A stretch of 64,000 nucleotides of DNA from Nanobdellota archaeon (GTDB lineage Archaea > Aenigmatarchaeota > Aenigmatarchaeia > QMZP01), in NCBI GenBank assembly GCA_043814765.1, contig JBDRJQ010000020.1, positions 3,028 to 67,027 of the forward strand, given 5' to 3'. Made by a program: the position numbers and the translations under genes. Under the pieces are notes generated by a model. It was not told where the DNA came from, made no database searches, and saw nothing but the letters and a program-made list of their open reading frames with translations. This document shows positions 46,820 to 56,446 of the stretch, piece after piece; positions within the stretch are counted from its first letter, which is position 1; every line of letters begins with the position of its first letter.

Positions 46820-47830
46820 ATGAGCGAAGAAAACACAGATTCTGAAAAATGGACATTCCAGCCAAAGGAAGCAGCAACAGAACCGGTAAAAAAAAGCAAA
46901 TCAGATAACAAGATTTTTAAATACGCTATAATAGCTGTTGTTTTCCTAGTGGTGGGTTTCTTGGCAAGCAGTATGACAGGCATGACAGGACAGTTCGTTG
47001 GTGCAGAAAAAATTTCTTCTGAACAAGTACGCGAAAAAACAGAGGCTTACATAACAGACAATTTCTTAGCAGCAGGCTCTGAACTAATTATCAATAATGT
47101 TACAGAAGAAAATGGATTGTATCTAATTTCTATGAGCATTGACGGCAGTGAATTCGTATCCTATGCTTCAATAGACGGAAAATTACTTTTACCAAGCGGA
47201 TTGGACATGGATACTCCTATTAAAACTCAAGATACTGAACCAACCCCGCAGGATATACCTAAGACAGAAACCCCGTTAGTAGAGCTGTTTGTTATGAGCT
47301 TCTGTCCTTATGGATTGCAAGCGGAGAATATAATGCAGTCTGTAGTTGATTTATTGGGCGACAAAGTTGACATAATTCCTCAATATATATTGAGTCTTGA
47401 TGGTGACGGAGTACGTTCACTTCACGGACAGTACGAATGGGAAGAAGACGGAAGACAGCTTTGCATAATGGAAGAATACAACGTGGCAAAACTTTGGGAA
47501 TATCTTGAAGTTTTCAATAGTGAATGTAACAGTGGTAATTTGAACACATGTTGGAAGGAGAGGGCTGAAGAAATAGGTATTGATGTATCAGTGATTGAAC
47601 AATGCTTTGAAGAAAGAGTCACCGAATTGCTTAGGGCACAGGCAACTCTATCAGATGCTAAAGGTGTTACAGGATCACCAACACTGTTGATAAATGGAGT
47701 TAAATACACTGGAGCAAGAGATTCAGAGTCATATAAAGAAGCAATATGCTCGGCTTTCATAGACCTACCAAAAGAATGTTCAGAAATAATCAGCACAGGT
47801 GATAGTAATACACCATCAGGAAATTGTTAA
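46820..47830 (+). CDS. membrane-anchored thioredoxin-fold (DsbA-like) protein with single-Cys CPYG site
   Basis: One TM (IIAVVFLVVGFLASS), then the extracytoplasmic domain ELFVMSFCPYGLQAE and GSPTLLINGVKY. Confidence 0.45.
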   Translation: MSEENTDSEKWTFQPKEAATEPVKKSKSDNKIFKYAIIAVVFLVVGFLASSMTGMTGQFVGAEKISSEQVREKTEAYITDNFLAAGSELIINNVTEENGLYLISMSIDGSEFVSYASIDGKLLLPSGLDMDTPIKTQDTEPTPQDIPKTETPLVELFVMSFCPYGLQAENIMQSVVDLLGDKVDIIPQYILSLDGDGVRSLHGQYEWEEDGRQLCIMEEYNVAKLWEYLEVFNSECNSGNLNTCWKERAEEIGIDVSVIEQCFEERVTELLRAQATLSDAKGVTGSPTLLINGVKYTGARDSESYKEAICSAFIDLPKECSEIISTGDSNTPSGNC

Positions 47831-47851
47831 TTTTTTTCTTTTTTTCCTTTT

Positions 47852-50281
47852 TTATAACCCTTCTATTTCTATTGTTCTTCTTTTCATCGAAGGGTATATA
47901 ATGAACATTATAATTACTATCACAAAAGCAGCTGCTGCAGCTATTATCAGCCATGGTATTTCTATGCATGGCATGGCGCAGGGACCACCACAATCCACAC
48001 CTGCTTCATACTCATCCTGTATGCCGTTAAGGCATGCATCACACTGAGCGTCATATTTGTCTGTCTTTCCGTCACAGTTGTCATCCTGTTCGTTTCCGCA
48101 TAATTCATGAGGAGCAGCTTTTACAGCAGTTATGCATGATTCCCATAGATAGTTTTCACCACATATTGATACGCCCTTTTCGCATATTCCTATATCAGTT
48201 CCGCAGGTTCTTGTTTCTCCTGCACTGCAGCATTCTGAATTTTCATCTACCTGCCCGTCACAATCATCATCAATACCGTTGCAGCTTTCTTTTGTGGGTT
48301 CTTCACCACCATAACACTGGCACTGCGCATATAGCGCACTAGCTTGAAAACCAACATTATCTATCTTTCCATCACAGTTGTCATCCTTTTGGTTGCATAT
48401 CTCATCTATTGGTCCTACTTCACCATAACACTCGCTCCACATGCCGCCTGAACAGACTGATAAGCCTTTTTTACATATGCCAACTTCAGATCCTCCGCAC
48501 TCCCTAGTTTCACCAGATACGCATAAGCAGCCGGATTCATCTACCTGTCCGTCACAATCATTATCTAAATTATCGCACACCTCTGTTGATGATAAAACGC
48601 CGCCAATACATTCACCCCAAACACCGTTTGTATTGCATATTTTGTAGCCTTGTTGACAGACACCAATATTGCTACCACAAGAAATGTTAGTTCCTGCTGC
48701 GCAAATCGTATTAATACATATGTTGGCTGTACATGTTTGATTGTTAGAACAGCCGCAAGCATCACAGTTATTAATCAGATTTCCATCATCACAATAAAGG
48801 GGCTTGGTTGCTGAACATTCGCCGTGCAATGTTCCGTCAGAGCATTCCTGCGGCGGAATATCTGAAACTTTTATATTGAATAATATAGTGTCTGTAGATA
48901 TTTTGTTGATGCTGGTGTCTTCATACCATATTTTCCATGCGATTGTTGAGCCTTCAGCAATCGTGCTGCTTGACCAGTCAAAAACCGTAGTCACAGGCGT
49001 TGCAACACCTCCGCAATCATAGGGGGATCCATATGTGCCGTCAGTTATGTTTACCCATGTGCCTGACTCGTTTGTGGCTAATACAGCTTGCAATAGGCCT
49101 GTTTCATCCGTACCCTCTGCTTCTAGCTCATTGATATCAATTCCGTCTGCAAAAATTGCATCATAATGCTGTTTTTGGTTTTTCCATGTTGGCGGATTCT
49201 CATCAACAGATTCTTCTTCATCACTTAATACATAAAATGCTGGAGCATCATGTTGATTGTTATATGCTGTCTTTATCCAGTCTGCCGACCTCTTTGTTGT
49301 TGATAATCTTATTTCATCTGCCTCTCCGTTATAATTTCCACCCAAGTCCCCTCTTGAATGTATCTTTACCGAGCTTATTCCACCAAAACCGCTGATATCA
49401 GATCGGCTGTCCTTCAAATCACCGTCAATATAAAGTGCTATGGTATTTGTCCCGTCGAATGTGAAACATAAATAGTGCCATTCCCCATCTGATATTATGT
49501 TGTTTCCATCTATCGTCATCGAACGCATCCATACTCCACCATTCTGGTAGCCGAGTATCCAGTCTGATGAGTATCCTCCAATGGCGTGCGTCTGCACGAT
49601 AAGGTATTTGTTTCCAGGTGATGTGTCTTTCGTCCACATAGATGCTGTAAATTCGCCTCCGCCTGAGAAATCATAATCCTGATTTGTGTCTACATAGCCA
49701 GTATCGCTTGTGAAACTCTGTGCTCTGTCTATCTGTCCGGTTGTTGTTTCTTGTGGCTTGTTTTCTGATGCCTTTGAGCCGTTGCTTAGCCCAGCACTGT
49801 CTTCTACTGTGGATGTCGTTAAGTCATCCATATGGTAAACAAGCTTGTAATTGTTGCTCCATGTTCCTGCTGAATTTGACTGGTCTGCCGCACCATTATT
49901 CCCATAATACATATAGATTTCAGTGTCTATTGATAGTGTTGGCACTTCAACATATGCTTCCAAGAACTTTGTTTCTGTATCAGAGTACCTGACTATTTCA
50001 TGGTCTAGCTTCGTTCCACTCGAGTCTACAAACACTATATCATAAGCGTTTGCGTTTGCCTTTCCAAATAAAGGGTTGTCTTGGTCTGTTATTTCTATAA
50101 GAACTGGGAAATTCACAAAGTTCACTGATCCTTCTATCTTGTCATTGTTTATTGTCACCTTTTGCCTGTACTGCCAGTTTTCATTCCACCATGCAGCTTG
50201 AGCATTTACACCACTATAAAAAATAACACTGTTCATAACTATCATAACTATGACTAAAAATGCGAGTTTTTTCAGTGTCAT
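47852..50281 (-). CDS. large surface protein: DUF2341-like N-domain + LamG/concanavalin-like domain + Cys-rich CDGxDNxCDG repeats + C-terminal TM anchor
   Basis: The signal peptide is followed by WWNENWQYRQKVTI...NFPVLIEI, then GEWHYLCFTFDG...LYIDG. Repeats are CDNLDNDCDGQVDE / CNQKDDNCDGKIDN / CNGIDDDCDGQVDE. The C-terminus is WLIIAAAAAFVIVIIMFII. Confidence 0.7.
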   Translation of the reverse strand: MTLKKLAFLVIVMIVMNSVIFYSGVNAQAAWWNENWQYRQKVTINNDKIEGSVNFVNFPVLIEITDQDNPLFGKANANAYDIVFVDSSGTKLDHEIVRYSDTETKFLEAYVEVPTLSIDTEIYMYYGNNGAADQSNSAGTWSNNYKLVYHMDDLTTSTVEDSAGLSNGSKASENKPQETTTGQIDRAQSFTSDTGYVDTNQDYDFSGGGEFTASMWTKDTSPGNKYLIVQTHAIGGYSSDWILGYQNGGVWMRSMTIDGNNIISDGEWHYLCFTFDGTNTIALYIDGDLKDSRSDISGFGGISSVKIHSRGDLGGNYNGEADEIRLSTTKRSADWIKTAYNNQHDAPAFYVLSDEEESVDENPPTWKNQKQHYDAIFADGIDINELEAEGTDETGLLQAVLATNESGTWVNITDGTYGSPYDCGGVATPVTTVFDWSSSTIAEGSTIAWKIWYEDTSINKISTDTILFNIKVSDIPPQECSDGTLHGECSATKPLYCDDGNLINNCDACGCSNNQTCTANICINTICAAGTNISCGSNIGVCQQGYKICNTNGVWGECIGGVLSSTEVCDNLDNDCDGQVDESGCLCVSGETRECGGSEVGICKKGLSVCSGGMWSECYGEVGPIDEICNQKDDNCDGKIDNVGFQASALYAQCQCYGGEEPTKESCNGIDDDCDGQVDENSECCSAGETRTCGTDIGICEKGVSICGENYLWESCITAVKAAPHELCGNEQDDNCDGKTDKYDAQCDACLNGIQDEYEAGVDCGGPCAMPCIEIPWLIIAAAAAFVIVIIMFIIYPSMKRRTIEIEGL

Positions 50282-50321
50282 ATATGTTAATTATTGGTTG
50301 GGTCCTGTTAAATATAATGTC

Positions 50322-50588
50322 CTAACCAGACTGTTTTGCAGAATTAATATATCTCCATTTAACATATTCTATTGGATCATCATATTCCTCATCTATATCA
50401 CTGTCAGTTGGATAATTGAACCCTACTGAGAATGGGACCAAGGCGCTCACAGCTGTTGTGGAAGAGAGCTCAGAAGCTAGAATAGTTCCCAATTCCTGCT
50501 CATTGGGCACCAACGTGGTTGTACCAGCACTTATGCTGTTTCCATCAATATAACTCCCTACAGATACACTATCAAAGTGGCCAAATCA
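50322..50588 (-). pseudogene. start-less ORF remnant between two surface-protein genes
   Basis: The open frame HFDSVSVGSYIDGNSISAGTTTLVPNEQ...EYVKWRYINSAKQSG* has no ATG (only a TTG at 50513). Its 3' end duplicates the 3' end of the neighbouring gene. Confidence 0.3.
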
Positions 50589-50644
50589 TCACTAACAACA
50601 TATTTATGGTTTGTTCAGAAGAGTAACCAGACTGTTTTGCAGAA

Positions 50645-52855
50645 TTAATATTTCCACTTTTCCTTTATGTCACTCCATGATTCTTCTTCTGATTTGCCCA
50701 TTGATTTGAATACAACGAAAACCAGTACGATTATTATAACAATAACCAATATGACTGCAATCAGCATTATGTCTAGATTTTCTAGGAATTTGAAAGGGCC
50801 TTCACATTCAGCAACACAGACTCCGCCGCAATCAATACCGTCTTCATTGCTATCCTTTATATCATTGAAACAGTTGACTGTTGGTAATGAACAGTCAGTG
50901 TCCTGTCCATCAACATATCCGTCACAGTCGTCATCAATGCCATTCGAACACTGCTCACCACTACCGGGGTTTATACCATAAAAATTATCATTGCAGTCAG
51001 GCATTCCTGGGTAATAACTGGCTGAGTTGGTTTTAGATCCGCATGTTGTGTAATAATCAGAATCTGAGTCGTATGCCTCGTCTATTTCATTGTTGCAGTT
51101 GTTATCCTTACCATCGCAGATCTCTGCTGTTGGACCAACATCGCCAACACAATCATCCCATTCTCCATCATTGCATTCCCTCTCTCCAAGACTGCATTCT
51201 CCTATGTCGGAGTCACCGCAACTCTCTTTTATTGGTTTGCCGTCTTCCTCGTCTATGTCGCCGTCACAGTTGTTGTCAATACCGTCGCACTTCTCGGCTT
51301 TGCCTGGATTTATGTTTTTATCAGAATCATCACAATCGTCTATCCCTGCATAGTATTTATCGCCATCTGCATCAATTTTGTCAACAATTGTTTTAACATC
51401 AAGAGTAAAGTCTTTATCAGCAAACGATGAATTGAATGACTTGTCTATTGCCTTGCAGTTCCATGTATAGTTGCCAGGTGTAACATTTTCAACTAAGAAA
51501 GTGTGTTCAGCTGTTTTAACTTTATCAAAGTTTATCTGCTCCTTTGCGGTCTTGTTCTCACCTTCTGCTCCAAAATACAGAATAAGCGAAGCAATGGAAA
51601 AAGTATCAGAAGCGCTGCAGGTAAGGTTTATATCGCCCTCAGCAACAGTTGCATTGAAAACAGGTGATACCAATGTTACTTCCGGTGCTGTATTGTCTAG
51701 CTTAGAAGACTTTACATCGAATTCTATAATTTCACTGCCATCTATGTTAACATTTGTCGAATAATCTAAGAAATTAACAGTGTGTGGATTGAAACTCAAT
51801 TCTATTTCCTTAGAATTATCATACCTTACGTTCTTTTCAACAACAGCATGAACACCTGTTAAACCATCTTCGTCTGTAACGTCTACTTCAAATGCAGGGC
51901 CGCCAGCATTGTTTTTTACCTCAACCTCAACACCTTCCTGTGGTACACTGTCTACAAGAATCTTAAATTGAGTGTACCATTTTATTACCAGGCTTGCATC
52001 AAAGAACATGGTATCAGGATGAAACACGTATCCATTATCAAGAGTAACATTAAATAGCTCAACTCCTTTTGAAAAACGAATGTATACGCTTGGTCCACCG
52101 CTGGCTGCACCAACAGCTGTTTCAATTATGCTGTCTTTTATAAGAGTATTATGCGAATATGACAATAGGATTCCTTCTCCAGAGGGTACTGTGTAAGGAG
52201 GTGGTCCCCAACCAGCACCTTGTATTCTGTTGTTTTTTATAATATTATCATCAGAATAAACCAGTCTTATAGCGCGAAAGTATGAGTTTAATATTTGATT
52301 ACTGTCTACTATATTTTCTGCAGAATATTCATCATCTTCAGCATTGCCCATAATTTCTATGGATGTTGGATTGAGTCTGAAATAATTGTCTACTATGCTC
52401 ACACCCTTTGTTCTTAAAAGTTTTACGCCCTTACTGCCACCATTACCTAGAAAACTATTACCTGATATCAATCCACTGGTTATAGTAGGAGTAGCACCAA
52501 GCGTTCTCTCGCCGTTGAATAATACACCCATGCCGAAATTATTTGTTTGGCAATTTCTTATTTCAACATTATCATATCCGTTGTTAACTATAAAAGCTCC
52601 TGTGTTTAGTGCATCCGGATCAATTTTCCATACATCAAAAAGAGCATTGTTGCAATCGATTACTATGTCGTCGTCACCGACTATAAGAAACCCTGTTTCT
52701 GGCGGATTTGTTACTGTGCACGTCATGTATTCAAAAGTCACATCTTCTGTTATTGTGACTGGTTCACTAGGGCACGGAGCCAACTGCGCTTCTGCACTGG
52801 AAACCATAGAAGCAACTAGAATTATAGCAAAAACAGAGAATAACAGTTTTTTCAT
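50645..52855 (-). CDS. large surface protein: right-handed parallel beta-helix + Ig-like region + Cys-rich CDGxDNxCDG repeats + C-terminal TM anchor
   Basis: Signal is MKKLLFSVFAIILVASMVSSAEA. Beta-helix repeats include IVDNYF..., IKNNRI... Further motifs are DADGDKYYAGIDDCDDSDKNINPGKAEKCDGIDNNCDGDIDE and TM IAVILVIVIIIVLVFVVF. Confidence 0.7.
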   Translation of the reverse strand: MKKLLFSVFAIILVASMVSSAEAQLAPCPSEPVTITEDVTFEYMTCTVTNPPETGFLIVGDDDIVIDCNNALFDVWKIDPDALNTGAFIVNNGYDNVEIRNCQTNNFGMGVLFNGERTLGATPTITSGLISGNSFLGNGGSKGVKLLRTKGVSIVDNYFRLNPTSIEIMGNAEDDEYSAENIVDSNQILNSYFRAIRLVYSDDNIIKNNRIQGAGWGPPPYTVPSGEGILLSYSHNTLIKDSIIETAVGAASGGPSVYIRFSKGVELFNVTLDNGYVFHPDTMFFDASLVIKWYTQFKILVDSVPQEGVEVEVKNNAGGPAFEVDVTDEDGLTGVHAVVEKNVRYDNSKEIELSFNPHTVNFLDYSTNVNIDGSEIIEFDVKSSKLDNTAPEVTLVSPVFNATVAEGDINLTCSASDTFSIASLILYFGAEGENKTAKEQINFDKVKTAEHTFLVENVTPGNYTWNCKAIDKSFNSSFADKDFTLDVKTIVDKIDADGDKYYAGIDDCDDSDKNINPGKAEKCDGIDNNCDGDIDEEDGKPIKESCGDSDIGECSLGERECNDGEWDDCVGDVGPTAEICDGKDNNCNNEIDEAYDSDSDYYTTCGSKTNSASYYPGMPDCNDNFYGINPGSGEQCSNGIDDDCDGYVDGQDTDCSLPTVNCFNDIKDSNEDGIDCGGVCVAECEGPFKFLENLDIMLIAVILVIVIIIVLVFVVFKSMGKSEEESWSDIKEKWKY

Positions 52856-52897
52856 ATATAATATATAGTTGTTCAATGCTTAAAAATAATAACACTT

Positions 52898-55513
52898 TCA
52901 ACGCCATTTTCTGCGCAATATTCTTTGATATCCTTTGCTTAGCTCTTCCCAGGACTTTTCATTTCCGCCCCTAATCGCAAGAACTACTGCTAATACCACT
53001 ATGCCAACTGCAATTACTATTAAAATCAAAACTATCAGCAAAGTATTTTCACCGAAAACTGGAGGCAAAGGAGGTTCTTCCATACAGTCAGTGTCCTGTC
53101 CGTCAACATATCCGTCACAGTCATCGTCAAGACTGTTGTAACAATTCTCAAATTCTGGGTTTACTTCACCCACGCATTCTGACCATCCTGTATACAAACA
53201 CTGTTTTGTTCCCTGCCTGCATATGCCAACACCAGCATTTTGCGAACCAACTCCACACGGTGCTGATTTTCCGATAGGGGAACAACATGAAAGATCATCA
53301 TCTGGTTCACCGTCACAGTTGTTATCCAAACCGTCACATATCTCTGCTGAAGGACCAATATCGCCAATACAATCACTCCACTCACCATCACTGCAGTATT
53401 TTGTTCCCTGTGAGCACGTTCCTGTTGATTTACCACAAGACAATTCAAGCTGGCTTAAATCATCTACTGCACCACTGCAGTCATTGTCAATGCCATCACA
53501 TTCCTCATCTTCACCTGGATTTATATCAGCATTATCATCATCGCAATCATCTATGTTTGCGTAGTAGTTATCACCATCTTCGTCTACCATAGTTGATGCT
53601 TCCTCAAATATATTGAGAGTAAAATTTGCACTTGCAAATATCTCATTAAACGCGTTGTCAAACGCCTTACAGTTCCAGATGTATGTTGCTTTGCCTAGAT
53701 TTGTCATGTTGAATGTAACGTTTGCACTGGTTTTATCAGAGAACTCTACACCGCTCGTTGATTTGAAAGTTCCTGATTCGTTCCAGAAAAAGTACATACT
53801 ATAAAGACCAGCATCTGCATTGGCTTCACATGTAAACTGCATGTTTCCGGGCAAAGAGATTTTGTTGTTACCAGGAGCATGAAGAGTTACAGATAAAATC
53901 TCTGTGTCACAGTCACCGTCATTTGCTGAAGTGCAGTCAGCTGGACAACAGCCATCACTAGTACCTATGCATTGGGTTATTGCTGGATAAGAGCACGTTT
54001 TTGGAGTGCCTGAACAAGTGTTTGTTGTGCACGCATTATTATCATTGCAGTCCGCATCACCGCTGCACTCATCTTCAGGACTGCAGTCCTGCGGGCAGTT
54101 GGAGTATGTCTCGCTTCCTTCGCATGTTCCGTCACCGCAAACAGTTCCAACCACTAAAACCTTGGTTTCAGTCTTGTCTATCAGTATGCCGTTAACATTG
54201 TAGGTAAGGAAAGTGGCTCTGTGTGGATTATAAGATACTCCAGCAGGTCCTCCCCAATTAGGATCATTAATGTATTTTTTTTCCACTGCTTCAAATTCAG
54301 CAGTTAATCCATTTGAGACAATTTGACCAGACCACACCAATTGGTTGAATTGATTGTTATTGTATAAATTAACTGTTGTTCCCTGCGGAAGCGGATTATC
54401 ATCTTTTGCTATATTAAGTTTGACAAACCAGCCTATTGATACGCTTGAATACAAACTAGTTCCAAACAAAATAGGTTCAGGATTAGTTGCATTCATAACT
54501 TCAGTGTCAGGCGCTCCACTCAGATATAGAACATTTCCATTACCTTGAGGACTCTTTATAATATTGCTTTCAAACCTGTTGTTTTTGGCCCCGCTTACAA
54601 CAACTGATCCACCTGTCTGGGAACCAGAATTTGTGATTGTGTTACCTGTTATATTGTTATTATCAGAATGCTGTCCTATACCTATTGCGTACGGAGCAGA
54701 ACCAGCTATAACATTAGAATATACACTAGTCCCTCCGCCTGCACCCATAAGTCTTATGCCTCTACTGTTTGCAGTTAATAAGTTGTTGTTTATAGCAATA
54801 CTTCCTACACGGAGATCCATTGCTATTTGGTTGTTTTTGAAAGTGTTATGTCTTATACCACCACTGTTTATTACAGTGTCTGTGTCAATAATTTCAAATT
54901 CAACTTTGTTTTCTGATAGAATACTTGTCGAATAGGTTACTTCTATTATATAAACATCAACAGGGCCTTTCGATCCAGTCAATGTGTACATATCACCCTC
55001 TGTTACAGATTTAAATTTTCCGTCGATTGTTATGCCAGCTACTGTATCACTTCCTATGTAGTTAACTGTGACATCATGCGTTACGCCGTTTACTGCAACC
55101 TGTTCAGTGTATCCTGAGTTTATTATCACTCTTTCATAAATATGGGAAGCGAGTATACCAACATCAAAACCATCTATTATGCAGTTTTCCAAAGTTAAAC
55201 CGTTATAACCGTTATTTACTATGAATTTCCCCTCATTACCAGGGATGCTATCATTGACAGGTTTTATTGTAGCTCCGTGACAGTTTATGGAAACATCATC
55301 TGCAGCTATTCTGTAGAAACCAATATCAGGAGCATTAATGTAACAAATAACATTATCTTTATTTTCTTGGTTAATGTTAACATCACTGGTTACATCCTTA
55401 TATCCATTAATAGGCGGACAATCAGCCTTTGATATTTGTGATGAAATATTAGGAAGCATTAATGCAAGAATTATAAAAAATGACACCAAAATCAGTACTT
55501 TATGGGTTTTCAT
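52898..55513 (-). CDS. large surface protein, paralogous architecture (beta-helix + Cys-rich repeats + C-terminal TM anchor)
   Basis: A signal peptide is followed by beta-helix repeats (NNQIAMD, NNNLLTANS, GNTITNSG, ESNIIKS). Further motifs are CGDGTCEGSETYSNCPQDC, DEDGDNYYANIDDCDDDNADINPGEDEECDGIDNDCSG and TM LLIVLILIVIAVGIVVLAVVLAI. Confidence 0.7.
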   Translation of the reverse strand: MKTHKVLILVSFFIILALMLPNISSQISKADCPPINGYKDVTSDVNINQENKDNVICYINAPDIGFYRIAADDVSINCHGATIKPVNDSIPGNEGKFIVNNGYNGLTLENCIIDGFDVGILASHIYERVIINSGYTEQVAVNGVTHDVTVNYIGSDTVAGITIDGKFKSVTEGDMYTLTGSKGPVDVYIIEVTYSTSILSENKVEFEIIDTDTVINSGGIRHNTFKNNQIAMDLRVGSIAINNNLLTANSRGIRLMGAGGGTSVYSNVIAGSAPYAIGIGQHSDNNNITGNTITNSGSQTGGSVVVSGAKNNRFESNIIKSPQGNGNVLYLSGAPDTEVMNATNPEPILFGTSLYSSVSIGWFVKLNIAKDDNPLPQGTTVNLYNNNQFNQLVWSGQIVSNGLTAEFEAVEKKYINDPNWGGPAGVSYNPHRATFLTYNVNGILIDKTETKVLVVGTVCGDGTCEGSETYSNCPQDCSPEDECSGDADCNDNNACTTNTCSGTPKTCSYPAITQCIGTSDGCCPADCTSANDGDCDTEILSVTLHAPGNNKISLPGNMQFTCEANADAGLYSMYFFWNESGTFKSTSGVEFSDKTSANVTFNMTNLGKATYIWNCKAFDNAFNEIFASANFTLNIFEEASTMVDEDGDNYYANIDDCDDDNADINPGEDEECDGIDNDCSGAVDDLSQLELSCGKSTGTCSQGTKYCSDGEWSDCIGDIGPSAEICDGLDNNCDGEPDDDLSCCSPIGKSAPCGVGSQNAGVGICRQGTKQCLYTGWSECVGEVNPEFENCYNSLDDDCDGYVDGQDTDCMEEPPLPPVFGENTLLIVLILIVIAVGIVVLAVVLAIRGGNEKSWEELSKGYQRILRRKWR

Positions 55514-55563
55514 ATAATAATATATAGTGCATAGAATCTTAAAAAAGAATTGTTAGTGGTTTA

Positions 55564-56421
55564 ATGAAGGAAGCAATACTCATTCGGTATGGAGAAATTG
55601 CGCTGAAATCAAAACCTGTGCGCAAACGGTTTGAAATGAAACTAGTCAGCAACATAAAAAACGCACTGGGAAAAAACGCAAAAGTCAGGCTAACCTATGG
55701 AAGAATTATGGTAGATAACGCAGACAAAAAACAAATAAGCATACTGAAAAATATTTTTGGTGTTGTTTCATTCTCCAATTGCATTGTTGCAGAATCAAAA
55801 AAGGAAAACATTCTAGAAACAGGGTTGTATGTTGCCAAGAAAATCACAAAGAAGACGTTTGCAGTCAAAACAAACCGTGTTGGAGATCACAGTTTCACAT
55901 CAGATCAGATAAACAAAGAATTGGGTGCTTTAATTGTTGAGAAGTTTGGTAACAAGGTCAATCTATCCAATCCGGATGCAACTATTTTTGTAGATATTCG
56001 GGACAGAAGAGCTTACATTTATACTGCTGTTATAAGAGGTCCTGGAGGTCTTCCAGTTGGTGCTGCAGGCAAGCTAGCTGTTTTAATGGACAGCAAAAAA
56101 AGCATAGCAGCTGCTTGGACTGTTCTCAAGCGTGGATGTTCAGTTGTTCCTATCTTCATAAAGAAACCCAATGCCTCATGGATTAAGACGATAGAAAAGT
56201 GGTCATATGGCTCTACTGTTAAACCTAAAATTATAGAGTCTAATGAACAAAAAAACATAGAAAAAGCTATATCTGAAACCTCTGTACTGGGCTTAGTTTT
56301 ATCTGACGACATAAGCAAGGCAGATTCTTTTAAGCATATCAAAAAACAGTTTTCTGTGCCTGTTTACAGACCGCTTCTGTGCCTTTCAGAGAAGGACGTG
56401 CTTAAGAGCATGAATAATTAA
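55564..56421 (+). CDS. ThiI-like THUMP domain protein with degenerate PP-loop
   Basis: The ThiI-type N-terminus is ILIRYGEIALKSKPVRKRFE. Where SGGxDS is expected the sequence reads LAVLMDSKKSIAAAW. At 285 aa it is shorter than ThiI. Confidence 0.55.
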   Translation: MKEAILIRYGEIALKSKPVRKRFEMKLVSNIKNALGKNAKVRLTYGRIMVDNADKKQISILKNIFGVVSFSNCIVAESKKENILETGLYVAKKITKKTFAVKTNRVGDHSFTSDQINKELGALIVEKFGNKVNLSNPDATIFVDIRDRRAYIYTAVIRGPGGLPVGAAGKLAVLMDSKKSIAAAWTVLKRGCSVVPIFIKKPNASWIKTIEKWSYGSTVKPKIIESNEQKNIEKAISETSVLGLVLSDDISKADSFKHIKKQFSVPVYRPLLCLSEKDVLKSMNN

Positions 56422-56446
56422 TAAATCAGTTAATCAATTATTTATT

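Noticed and set aside
50322-50513. 63-aa track ORF as a genuine gene
   Set aside because: It has only a TTG start and no RBS. The open frame extends upstream without an ATG, and its end is a duplicate of the neighbouring gene's 3' end. It is treated as a remnant.
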